Assembly (NCBI GenBank): GCA_964560325.1
Contig: CAZLLV010000407.1
Coordinates: 1-40,669, forward strand
Origin: an uncultured Thermoanaerobaculia bacterium
Lineage (GTDB): Bacteria; Acidobacteriota; Thermoanaerobaculia; Multivoradales; DATKCC01
Direction of reading: 5' to 3'
Length of the DNA stretch: 40,669 bases
A program made the position numbers and the translations under genes. How positions within the stretch are numbered: the first letter of the stretch is position 1; every line of letters starts with the position of its first letter. A model generated the notes under the pieces. It had not been told where the DNA came from, made no database searches, and worked only from the letters and a program-made list of their open reading frames with translations. Shown piece after piece: positions 8,250 to 17,528 of the stretch.

Positions 8250-9134
8250 CTACCGTGCCCGCGCGGTCGCGGTCACCGCGACGCCGCCAACCACCAGTAG
8301 AGCACCGAGCACGATGCGTGCCGTGATCCCCTCGTCGAACAGGAGCGCCCCGAGCGCCACCGCCACGACCGGTGACAGGTAGTTGGTGAGCGCGAGGCGC
8401 GTGGCTTCCATGTGCTCGAGCAGCCAGAAGTAGAGGTAGAAGGCGATCGCCGAGCCGAAGACCGCGAGGTAGAGGACCGTCGAGACCGACAGCGCGTCGA
8501 ACACCACCGGCCGGCCGCGCTCGAAGGCCAGCGACCCGGCGCCCAGCACCACCGCCGCGATCAGCATCGGCACGCCCGAGAGCGAGACCGGGTGCACCCC
8601 TCTCCCCCACCGCTTGACCGCGTTGCTCGCCACCGCCGCCAGCAGCGGCGCGATCAGCAGCACCCCCGCCGCCCGCCGCGCCCCCGGCTCCGCCAGGCTC
8701 GCCAGGTCCTCCGAGAAGATCACCGCCACCCCGGCGAAGCCGGCGAGCACGCCGACCGCGCCCCGCCCCGTCAGCCGCTCCGCCGGCAACATCACCTGGG
8801 CGAGCAGGGCCACGAAGAGGGGGAAGGTCGCGAAGAGGACGGCCGTCAACCCCGACGGCACTCGCTGCTCGGCCCAGTAGACAATGCCGTAGGTGAAAAC
8901 GAAGGTCAGCAGCCCGTTGACCCACCAGAGCGCCACCTCCCGGCGGCTCCGCCCGAGCGGCAGGCGCCGGAAGAACGCGAACCCAAGCAGCAACACCGCC
9001 GCCACCGCGAACCGCAACGCCGCCCCCGCGAACGGCGGCATCCCCTCCAAACCCAACCGGATCGCCGCCCAGGTCGAGCCCCAGATCAGCGTGATCGCGG
9101 CCAGGGCGACGAAGCGGAGGGCGGGGGAGGGCAT
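8250..9134 (-). CDS. EamA/DMT-family (drug/metabolite) transporter
   Basis: A 294-aa polytopic protein of about 10 TM segments, as two EamA-like halves (LIWGSTWAAIRLG... and ...LTNYLSPVVAVALGALLFDE). Confidence 0.85.
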   Translation of the reverse strand: MPSPALRFVALAAITLIWGSTWAAIRLGLEGMPPFAGAALRFAVAAVLLLGFAFFRRLPLGRSRREVALWWVNGLLTFVFTYGIVYWAEQRVPSGLTAVLFATFPLFVALLAQVMLPAERLTGRGAVGVLAGFAGVAVIFSEDLASLAEPGARRAAGVLLIAPLLAAVASNAVKRWGRGVHPVSLSGVPMLIAAVVLGAGSLAFERGRPVVFDALSVSTVLYLAVFGSAIAFYLYFWLLEHMEATRLALTNYLSPVVAVALGALLFDEGITARIVLGALLVVGGVAVTATARAR

Positions 9135-9190
9135 GAGAGCGCTTCGGCCGGGGCGAGGTGGAGCAGGTGCAGGGTGGGGTCTGGAGAAAG

Positions 9191-9613
9191 CTACCGCTCT
9201 TCGATCAGCAGCCGGAAGGTGTCGCAGTGGTCAGGGCGTACGGCCCGGAAGTGGCGGTGGTCGGTCGTGAGGATCACGTCGGTCTTCAACCGTTCGGCCA
9301 GGGCGACGATCGAGGCGTCCGTGCCGCCGAGTGGGAAGTCGGCATACTTCTCCACCAACTCCGCGATCCGGGGCCAGTCCTCGGCGCTCGGTGAACGAAC
9401 GTCGAAAGCCTCCAACGAACGGAGGAACGTCGCCTCCACTCCGGAACCTCCGCTCTGCTGGAGGACGTGGGCAACCTCCGCAACGCACAGCGCGGGAATG
9501 ACGAGGCGCAGCTTCGGCGAGCGGAGGGCGGAGATCGCCGCCGCGTGGTACTTGTCGGCCCGGTTCGTGGCGGCGATCAGGGGACCGCTATCGACGATCG
9601 CGATCGATGGCAT
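9191..9613 (-). CDS. vapC: PIN-domain ribonuclease toxin (VapC-like)
   Basis: IAIVDSGPLIA (first acidic residue), CVAEV, GGTDASIVALAE and ILTTDHRHF are typical PIN acidic-quartet positions. The gene overlaps the upstream antitoxin by 26 nt. Confidence 0.8.
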   Translation of the reverse strand: MPSIAIVDSGPLIAATNRADKYHAAAISALRSPKLRLVIPALCVAEVAHVLQQSGGSGVEATFLRSLEAFDVRSPSAEDWPRIAELVEKYADFPLGGTDASIVALAERLKTDVILTTDHRHFRAVRPDHCDTFRLLIEER

Positions 9614-9839
9614 CGGTCCACGTCTCGTCGAGAAACTCTTCGATCTGGTCGCTCTGGACCATGCCTGGATCGTCCATGATCCCGGCGAACGGGATCTCCC
9701 GGGGCTTCTTCTCGGTCCCGAGGAGGAATTGAGCGACGAGCTTCCGCACCACTTCGGAGACCGGCGTGCTTCTCCGGCGCGCCTCGTCCCTCAGAAGATT
9801 GTCCAGATCGTCAGGCAAACTGATGGTTAAGCGCCTCAT
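9588..9839 (-). CDS. vapB: Ribbon-helix-helix (CopG/VapB-like) antitoxin
   Basis: MRRLTISLPDDLDNLLRDEARRRSTPVSEVVRKLV is a classic RHH beta-strand plus two helices. It lies immediately upstream of, and overlaps, the PIN gene. Confidence 0.8.
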   Translation of the reverse strand: MRRLTISLPDDLDNLLRDEARRRSTPVSEVVRKLVAQFLLGTEKKPREIPFAGIMDDPGMVQSDQIEEFLDETWTDAIDRDRR

Positions 9840-9894
9840 ACGCTCATACTAGCACACAGGCGATGCTCCTTCCATCGGCCACATCAGCCCGGCG

Positions 9895-10044
9895 GTGGAG
9901 GGCTTCGAGGAGGCCTTTCTCGCTGCCTACCACACGCTGCGCTGCCTCGCTGCCAACCCGGACGCGGCAGCACTCTTCATCGAGGCCCTCGACCCGGAGA
10001 CCGTGGCGCTCCTCGGGAGGGCCGTCATGCGCCGGCTGAGGTGA
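9895..10044 (+). pseudogene. Possible gene remnant or small ORF with coding-like codon bias and no ATG
   Basis: The frame is open from 9853 to the TGA at 10042-10044 and reads ...VEGFEEAFLAAYHTLRCLAANPDAAALFIEALDPETVALLGRAVMRRLR. Third codon positions are GC-rich. The only canonical start is GTG at 9895. No RBS seen. Confidence 0.2.
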
Positions 10045-10115
10045 CGCGGCCACCGAGGCCGGGGCGGTCCGACCCCGCCCCGGGCCGGTGGATCATGCAG
10101 TCGTGGCGAGGGGGG

Positions 10116-12560
10116 TCACTCCTCCTCGAGCCGTTCCCGCACGCGGGCGAGGTTCTTGGCGACGGTCCGGGTGTTCGGGTGCTCCGCACCGAGGATCGCC
10201 TCGGCAATCTCCAGCGCCCGGCGGTACTCCGCCTCGGCCGCGTCCAGGTGGCCCTGCTTCTCGAGGATGCCGGCGAGGTTGTTGCGGTCGGTCGCTACCT
10301 CGGGATGCTCCGGGCCATAGACCGCCTCGTCGATCGCCAGCGCCCGACGGGTCAGCTCCTCCGCACCCGCCAAGTCCCCATGAGCCTGAAGGATCTGGCC
10401 CAGGTTGTTCGCGTAGATAGCCACCTGCGGATGCTCCGAACCATAGACCGCCTCGGCGATCGCCAGCGCCCGCCGGGTCAGCTCCTCCGCACCCGCGAGG
10501 TCCCCGCGAGCCTGAAGGATGGTCGCCAGGTTGTTGGCGCGGATCGCCACGGTCGGATGCTCCGGGCCGTACACCGCCTCGCCGATCGCCAGCGCCCGCC
10601 GGGTCAGATCCTCCGCACCCGCCAGGTCCCCGCAATCCTGAAGGATCTGGCCCAGGTTGCTCGCGCATATCGCCACCTCGGGATGCTCCGGGCCGTACAC
10701 CGCCTCGGCGATCGCCAGCGCCCTGTCCAGGTGGTCCTGGGCCCGGTCGAGCACGCCCCGGTCCAGGAGCTGCAAGCCGGCTTCGTTCAGGAGCCGGCTG
10801 GTCGCCTCGGGCTCCACGCCGAGCTCTTCGGCCGCCTCGGTCGCGGCGGCCACGTGGGGGAGCAGGCGGAGGGCCGAATCCCAGGTGGCGAGGTCGTACC
10901 CGTCATACCCGTAGCCGGCGTCCAGCAGCCGGACGGCCGCCGCGGCCCAGGTGCGTTCCTCCTCTTCGCCCAGCCGGTCCCGGAGCACCGCCTGGACCAG
11001 CCGGTGGATGCCGGCGCTGCCGGCCTCGATCTCGAGCAGCGAGAGCCGGCGGGGCGCGGCCAGGACGTCGTGCCAGCGCAGCCGGTCGCGCGCGGCGGTG
11101 GCGAGGGGCTCCGGGAGGACCTCCGGGTGCTCGGCGCAGAGCGCCAGGGGCAGGTCCTCGGGGGCGAAGAAGGAGAGCAGCCGCAGCAGGTCGCCCGCCT
11201 CGGGGGCTTCCTTCTCCATCGCCTCGAAGGAGAGGTCCCAGGTGATCTCCACCGGCTCTTCCCGGTGGGAGCGCGGCGCCCCGCGGGCGAGGAGCTCGCT
11301 CCGGCGCTCCCGGAAAAGCTCCTCGTAGGCGGCGAGCGTCAGCGCCCCGTCCTCCCGGATGAACGCCCCCGCCTGCTCCAGCGCCAGCGGCAGGCGGCCG
11401 AGGGCCTCCGCCAGGCTCCGGGCGGCGGCGTCCTCTCCCGGGCCTTCCCCGCCGGGGCGCTCCCCGCTCGGATCGTCCGCCTTGCCCGGCGCCGTCCGCT
11501 CCAGGAGAAACTCTACCGCGTCGTCCAGCGGCAGCACGTCCACCGGCAGCTCCGCGGCGATCCCGTCCCAGTCGCGCCGGCGGGAGGTGATCAGCACCGG
11601 CCCGGTCCGGCCCCGGGGCAGGTAGGGCTCGAGCCCCGCCGGGTCCTCGGCGTTGTCGAAGACCAGCAGCCAGCCGCCGTTCGTCTCCAGCCACCGCCGG
11701 ACGGCGGCCACCTCGGCCTGCGGGTCCGGCGGTCCTTGCTCCGAGGGGGGATCGGCCAGCCCCAGCTCCGCCGCCAGGGCGGCCAGGTCCCGGACAATTG
11801 TCTCCGAGTCCGCGGCCCGGACCCACCAGATCACCCGGTACTCCCCCGCGTGCTGGTAGACGTACTCCAGCGCGAGCTGCGTCTTTCCGACCCCGCCGAG
11901 GCCCCGGATGGCCTGGGTCAGCGCTGCATGGGCCGGTGCCCGGTGGTTCGACGACCCAGCCGGGGCGAGCGCCTCCTCCAGTCGCGCCAGCAGATCCTCC
12001 CGCCCGATGAAGTGCGGATTGCGCCGATGAGGCACGTTGAAGTGCGGCGGCAACGCCCCCGGAAACGCCGGCTCCGAGACCGGCAGGCCGGCCTCCCCGC
12101 TCCCGCCGACACCGGCCCCGCCGGCCCCACCCCCGGGATACGCCGGCTCCTCCTCCGGCGGCCCGGGCGGCTCCAGACCGTCCAGAAGCGCCCGCCGGGC
12201 GCCCTCCGGCTCCTCGTGACCCACCAGGTCGATGTAGACGAGCGACCCCAGTAGCCCTCCAGGATCGCACTCCCGCACCCTCACCGGCACCAGCCGCCAC
12301 CCGCCCCCCTCCGGATCCTCCCGGAACCGCGCCGCCCACTCCGGCGCCACGTACCCGGAGCGCAGTGCGCTCGGCGACAGCACCAGCAGCGTCCGCCGCG
12401 TCTCCCGCGCCGCCCGGTCCATCTCCAGCGGAAAGTTCGCCCCCGGCCCCCAGGTCCACCCCTGGAGCTCCACCGAGTACCCCGCCTCCAGGAGCTGCCA
12501 CGCGATCCACTCCGCCCAGGCCTTGTCCGCCGAGGAGAAGCTGACGAAGAAATCCTTCAT
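10116..12560 (-). CDS. TIR domain / NB-ARC STAND NTPase / TPR-repeat protein (bacterial NLR-like)
   Basis: Start chosen at ATG 12560 (MKDFFVSFSSADKAWAEWIAWQL...), where the TIR-like fold begins; a candidate catalytic Glu lies in YVAPEWAARF (nt 12339-12341). P-loop GLGGVGKTQLA (11880-11903), Walker B LLVFDNAED, an ARC-like region (LPLALEQAG), then five 42-aa TPR units at the C-terminus. Confidence 0.9.
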   Translation of the reverse strand: MKDFFVSFSSADKAWAEWIAWQLLEAGYSVELQGWTWGPGANFPLEMDRAARETRRTLLVLSPSALRSGYVAPEWAARFREDPEGGGWRLVPVRVRECDPGGLLGSLVYIDLVGHEEPEGARRALLDGLEPPGPPEEEPAYPGGGAGGAGVGGSGEAGLPVSEPAFPGALPPHFNVPHRRNPHFIGREDLLARLEEALAPAGSSNHRAPAHAALTQAIRGLGGVGKTQLALEYVYQHAGEYRVIWWVRAADSETIVRDLAALAAELGLADPPSEQGPPDPQAEVAAVRRWLETNGGWLLVFDNAEDPAGLEPYLPRGRTGPVLITSRRRDWDGIAAELPVDVLPLDDAVEFLLERTAPGKADDPSGERPGGEGPGEDAAARSLAEALGRLPLALEQAGAFIREDGALTLAAYEELFRERRSELLARGAPRSHREEPVEITWDLSFEAMEKEAPEAGDLLRLLSFFAPEDLPLALCAEHPEVLPEPLATAARDRLRWHDVLAAPRRLSLLEIEAGSAGIHRLVQAVLRDRLGEEEERTWAAAAVRLLDAGYGYDGYDLATWDSALRLLPHVAAATEAAEELGVEPEATSRLLNEAGLQLLDRGVLDRAQDHLDRALAIAEAVYGPEHPEVAICASNLGQILQDCGDLAGAEDLTRRALAIGEAVYGPEHPTVAIRANNLATILQARGDLAGAEELTRRALAIAEAVYGSEHPQVAIYANNLGQILQAHGDLAGAEELTRRALAIDEAVYGPEHPEVATDRNNLAGILEKQGHLDAAEAEYRRALEIAEAILGAEHPNTRTVAKNLARVRERLEEE
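10179..10745 (-). repeat. 126-bp tandem repeat inside the CDS, encoding the TPR units
   Basis: Units start at 10179, 10305, 10431, 10557 and 10683, a period of exactly 126 nt. The three central units share long identical runs, e.g. GATCGCCAGCGCCCGCCGGGTCAG.TCCTCCGCACCCGC. Confidence 0.9.
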
Positions 12561-12769
12561 GGCTGCGGAGTGTATCGGTGGACGAGAGACCGAGAGCAGG
12601 CGGTCTGCCGAGAGGAGTCGCGACTCAGAGAGTCGGGCGAACCTGATGGGGATGAACGTCTCTCCAGGGCTCACCGCCGGAGCGGGCTGGGGCCGAAACG
12701 ATTCCGGGAGCGCCGCCATATCCTGAAGGAATCAAGCAAGCCATCCAATCCACTGACGCTGGAGGTCTC

Positions 12770-14374
12770 ATGAAAGCAGCCTTCCGTCCCGCCCTCCTTG
12801 CAGGGTCCCTCTGTCTCGCCGCCGCCCTGCCGGCCGCCGCCACCACCTACGTGATGATGGAGGACGCGGCGCTCGCCGATCAGGCTTCGATCATCGTCGA
12901 GGGTCGGATCGAATCCGCGGCCCGGGCTTCGGACGCTCCCTATGCCGCCACCGAGTACACGGTCGCGGTGACGCGGACGATCCAGGGGACTACCTCCGGC
13001 GACACCGTCGAGGTCCGGGTCCTGGGCGGGCTCCCCCGGGACGACGGCCCCTGGTTCCACGCCTGGGGCGTGCCACGGTTCCAGCCGGGAGAAGCGGTCC
13101 TGCTCTTCCTCTCGCCCCGGCCGGACGCCCGGCTCGAGCTGGTCCAGCTCGCCCTCGGCGCCTTCCGAAGCGTCGCCCGCGAGGGGCGGCGCTTCGCCGT
13201 CCGGCCGGAGCTCTCGGCCCACGGCCTGGGGGGCCCGGACCGGGTCCGGGACCTCGATGCATTCGCCGACTGGCTCGCCGACCGCGCCCGCGGGATCTCG
13301 CGCCCGGCCGACTACTTCACCGACCCGCCGGCGGGAGGGGTCGCCCGGCTCGCCGAGCGCTTCACTCTCTTCGAGGACGAGTCCGGCAGGAACTTTCGCT
13401 GGTTCGATTTCGACCAGGGGCTCACGGTCGACTTCCGGGCCAACGCCTCCGGGCAGTCCGGCATGGCCGGGGGCGGATTCGCGGAGGTGACCCACGGACT
13501 CTGGGTGTGGAACCTGGACAAGAAGTCGAACGTCGCCCTGCGCAACCGGGGCGAGACGAGCTATTCCGGGCGCTTCGGCTACTGCGACGGGTACAACCTC
13601 GTCCTCTTCGACGACCCCCACGACGAGATCTCGGGGAGCTACGACTGCGACCGCGGAGGGACCCTCGCGATCGGCGGAGGGTGCGTGAACGGCACCGGGA
13701 CGTTCGAGGGCAAGCAGTACTGGCGGATCAGCGAAGGGGACATCCTCACCCAAGACGGCGCCGGCTGCGCCTACGGGGCGGCCGGGGGCAAGGTGGGCGA
13801 GTACGTCTTCGGGCACGAGGCGGGCCACACCCTGGGGATCGGCCACTCCTGCGGCAACCCCGGCAACGACCCCGGCTGCTCGAATCCGGCGGCGGCCGCC
13901 GCGATCATGGCGGCCTCCGTCTCGGCGCGGGCGGTTCACGGGGCGAGCCTGGGCCACGACGATCGCGCCGCCGTCAGGACGCTCTACCCGGAGGCTGACG
14001 ACGGCGGTGGCGAGGAGCCGTCCGACGGCTGGCTCACCACCCGCGAGATTCCGGGCTTCCGGTTCCGGGTCACCATCCTCCCCGGTGGGGACGCCGAGCC
14101 CGTCCCCGGCGCCAAGGAGGACGGCTGCCTGGCGGAGACTCTGTGCGTGAGCGGCGCCATCGCGGGCCGGGTGGAGGTCCAGCTCCGGATCTCGGGCCCG
14201 AAGCCCAACGGCAAGCTGTGGCCCACCTTCACCAAGTTCACGACCTCCGCGGTGGAGATCGACGTGGAGCAGACCTCGTCCGGAGTGGTGAAGTCCTACG
14301 ACCTCACCGGCGCGGGCCCCGGAGACGACACGTTGAACGGCCTCTTCGACCGGGACGGCTTCGACCCGTCGTAA
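12770..14374 (+). CDS. Secreted matrixin/serralysin-like (M10-type metzincin) zinc metalloprotease with a C-terminal module
   Basis: GGAGG RBS. Signal peptide MKAAFRPALLAGSLCLAAALPAAA. Zinc site HEAGHTLGIGHS (13814-13849) fits HExxHxxGxxH, with a candidate Met-turn at AIMAAS. The C-terminal ~110 aa (14027-14362) resemble the module in the 2310..4328 protein. Confidence 0.85.
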   Translation: MKAAFRPALLAGSLCLAAALPAAATTYVMMEDAALADQASIIVEGRIESAARASDAPYAATEYTVAVTRTIQGTTSGDTVEVRVLGGLPRDDGPWFHAWGVPRFQPGEAVLLFLSPRPDARLELVQLALGAFRSVAREGRRFAVRPELSAHGLGGPDRVRDLDAFADWLADRARGISRPADYFTDPPAGGVARLAERFTLFEDESGRNFRWFDFDQGLTVDFRANASGQSGMAGGGFAEVTHGLWVWNLDKKSNVALRNRGETSYSGRFGYCDGYNLVLFDDPHDEISGSYDCDRGGTLAIGGGCVNGTGTFEGKQYWRISEGDILTQDGAGCAYGAAGGKVGEYVFGHEAGHTLGIGHSCGNPGNDPGCSNPAAAAAIMAASVSARAVHGASLGHDDRAAVRTLYPEADDGGGEEPSDGWLTTREIPGFRFRVTILPGGDAEPVPGAKEDGCLAETLCVSGAIAGRVEVQLRISGPKPNGKLWPTFTKFTTSAVEIDVEQTSSGVVKSYDLTGAGPGDDTLNGLFDRDGFDPS

Positions 14375-14434
14375 GGATCTGCCGGGCACTCGCGGCAGCC
14401 GGCCGTGACGCTGGCCGTGGTCGATCCGACGAAC

Positions 14435-15751
<1,317 letters not shown>

Positions 15752-15857
15752 GGTCGTGGATCCTGGCCGGTCGTGGAAGGCCTCGCGGAACGGCGGTTCC
15801 GGAGGGTGGAACGCCGAAGACTAGATCAGCGGGTTCGGGGGGTCAAACCGGGCACGG

Positions 15858-16574
15858 TCACTCGGCACTCCCGGGCGCGGGATCGCCCGCGACCAGCCGC
15901 TCCAGCGCCTCGGCGGCGGCCCGCTGCTCGGCGATCTTCTTGCTCCGCCCCTCGCCGCGGCCGGCGGCGCGGTCACAGACGTGGCACTCGACCACGAAGC
16001 GCTTCTCGTGATCGGGCCCCATCTCGGCCACCAGGTGGTACTCGGGGAGCGGCAGCCCGCGCCCCTGGAGCTCTTCCTGGAGGCGGGTCTTGGTGTCGAT
16101 CTCGTGGAGACGGGGCCGCTCCTCGACCACCCGGGCGAGCAGGCGGGTGACCAGCTTGCGCACCGGCTGGAGACCGCCGTCGAGGAACATCGCACCGAGC
16201 ACCGCCTCCGCCGAGTCGGCGAGGAGCGAGAGCTTCTGCCGCCCACCCGAGCGCTCCTCCCCCACCCCGAGGCGCAGCGCCCGGCCGATCCCGAGCTCGT
16301 CGGCGAGCCCGGCAAGCACCGGTGCGCTCACCAGGTGGCTCTTGCGCTTCGACAGGTCCCCTTCGGGCAGCTCCGGGTGGATGCGGAAGAGCCACTCCGC
16401 CGCGATCGTCCCGAGCACCGCGTCGCCCAGGAACTCCAGGCGCTCGTTGTGGTCGGGCAGGCCGTTCTCGTTGGCGTAGGAGCGGTGGGTGAGGGCGAGG
16501 GTGAGGAGATCCGGGTCGCGAAACCCGTAGCCGAGCGACCGCTCGAGCTCGGACTTCGACCGCAGGAGAGCCAT
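15858..16574 (-). CDS. rnc: Ribonuclease III
   Basis: Start at ATG 16574 (MALLRSKSELERSLGYGF). RNase III signature NERLEFLGDAVLG, and a C-terminal dsRBD (GPDHEKRFVVECHV...GEGRSKKIAEQRAAAEAL). The 537-aa track ORF is an upstream over-extension. Confidence 0.95.
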   Translation of the reverse strand: MALLRSKSELERSLGYGFRDPDLLTLALTHRSYANENGLPDHNERLEFLGDAVLGTIAAEWLFRIHPELPEGDLSKRKSHLVSAPVLAGLADELGIGRALRLGVGEERSGGRQKLSLLADSAEAVLGAMFLDGGLQPVRKLVTRLLARVVEERPRLHEIDTKTRLQEELQGRGLPLPEYHLVAEMGPDHEKRFVVECHVCDRAAGRGEGRSKKIAEQRAAAEALERLVAGDPAPGSAE

Positions 16575-16640
16575 CGCGGAAATCGTAGCAGAGCGTCCGG
16601 GTGCCGGGGCGGAGAGCTTCCGGTAGACTCGCTTCCTCCC

Positions 16641-17528
16641 ATGGCACAGCCCGCCCGCCCACCCGGCGCCCCTCCCGGCCGGCCGCGCCCCTTCACCGTC
16701 GCGACGCGCGACGGGCTCGACCTGATCGTCGAGAGCCGGACTCCGAGTCGGGCTCCGAGCCGGGCCCCCCGGACCACTTCCGAGCCCGGACGCCGCGTGC
16801 TCATCGTCCACGGCTTCGGCGAGCACCACCGCCGCTACGACACGCTGACCGGCGAGCTCACGGCGGCCGGCCACGAGGTCCACCGCTTCGACCTCCGCGG
16901 GCACGGCGAGTCGGAAGGGCGGCGCGGCCACGTCGACGATTTCGCCGAGTACCGGCGCGACCTCCTGCGCGTCGCCGACCACGTGGCCCCTGACGGGCCG
17001 CTCGACCTGGTCGCCCACAGTCTCGGCGGGTTGATCGCTCTCGATACCGCGCTCCACCACCCGGACCGCTTCGCCTCGCTCGCGCTGAGCGACCCGTTCC
17101 TCGCCCCCTCCTCCGAGCTCCCGTTCTACGCCCGGCCGCTCGCGAACCTGGCCGTCCGCTTCCGGCCCGGCGCCACCTTCTCCGCCGGGATCGACCCGGA
17201 GGGGCTGTCGCGCGATTCGGAGGCGGTGCGCGCCTACGTCGCCGACCCGATGATCGTCCGGCGGGTCACCGGCGGCTGGCTGCTCGAGGTGCTCGCGGCG
17301 CAGGTGCGGGTGCGCTCGCGGGCCGACGAAATCCGCCTGCCGGTCCTGCTGCTCCTGGGCGGCGCCGACCCGATCGCGTCGGTCGAGCGGTCGCGCGAGG
17401 TCTTCGAGCGGCTCGGGAGCGAGCGCAAGCGCCAGGTGGCCTTCGACGGCTTCCGCCACGAGATCCTCCACGAGCTCGGGCGCGAGCGGGTGGTCGGGGA
17501 GCTGCTCGCCTGGCTGGCCGGCCTATAA
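16641..17528 (+). CDS. Alpha/beta hydrolase, lysophospholipase / monoacylglycerol-lipase-like
   Basis: Start at ATG 16641. HGFGEHHRRYD, nucleophile elbow AHSLGG, C-terminal FDGFRHEILHE (His of the triad). The stop overlaps the stop of the convergent patatin gene by 6 nt. Confidence 0.85.
   Translation: MAQPARPPGAPPGRPRPFTVATRDGLDLIVESRTPSRAPSRAPRTTSEPGRRVLIVHGFGEHHRRYDTLTGELTAAGHEVHRFDLRGHGESEGRRGHVDDFAEYRRDLLRVADHVAPDGPLDLVAHSLGGLIALDTALHHPDRFASLALSDPFLAPSSELPFYARPLANLAVRFRPGATFSAGIDPEGLSRDSEAVRAYVADPMIVRRVTGGWLLEVLAAQVRVRSRADEIRLPVLLLLGGADPIASVERSREVFERLGSERKRQVAFDGFRHEILHELGRERVVGELLAWLAGL

Noticed and set aside
5929-8382. 817-aa plus-strand ORF
   Set aside because: It is antisense to the acyl-CoA dehydrogenase gene, whose product has clear family motifs. 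The composition is typical of an off-strand frame.
9844-10053. 69-aa minus-strand ORF between vapB and the STAND gene
   Set aside because: It is the antisense of the more coding-like plus-strand frame (9853-10044), and it has no RBS and no motif.
10179-10745. Regular 126-bp repeats considered as a possible CRISPR-like array
   Set aside because: The period is too long for CRISPR and there is no repeat/spacer alternation. The repeats are in frame and encode canonical 42-aa TPR units within a continuous CDS.
10041-12254. 737-aa plus-strand ORF, and the 535-aa and 191-aa alternative-frame minus ORFs in the same span
   Set aside because: They overlap the TIR/NB-ARC/TPR gene, which has unambiguous P-loop, TIR and TPR motifs. 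These frames give repetitive Arg/Gly/Pro peptides that merely mirror the 126-bp DNA repeat.
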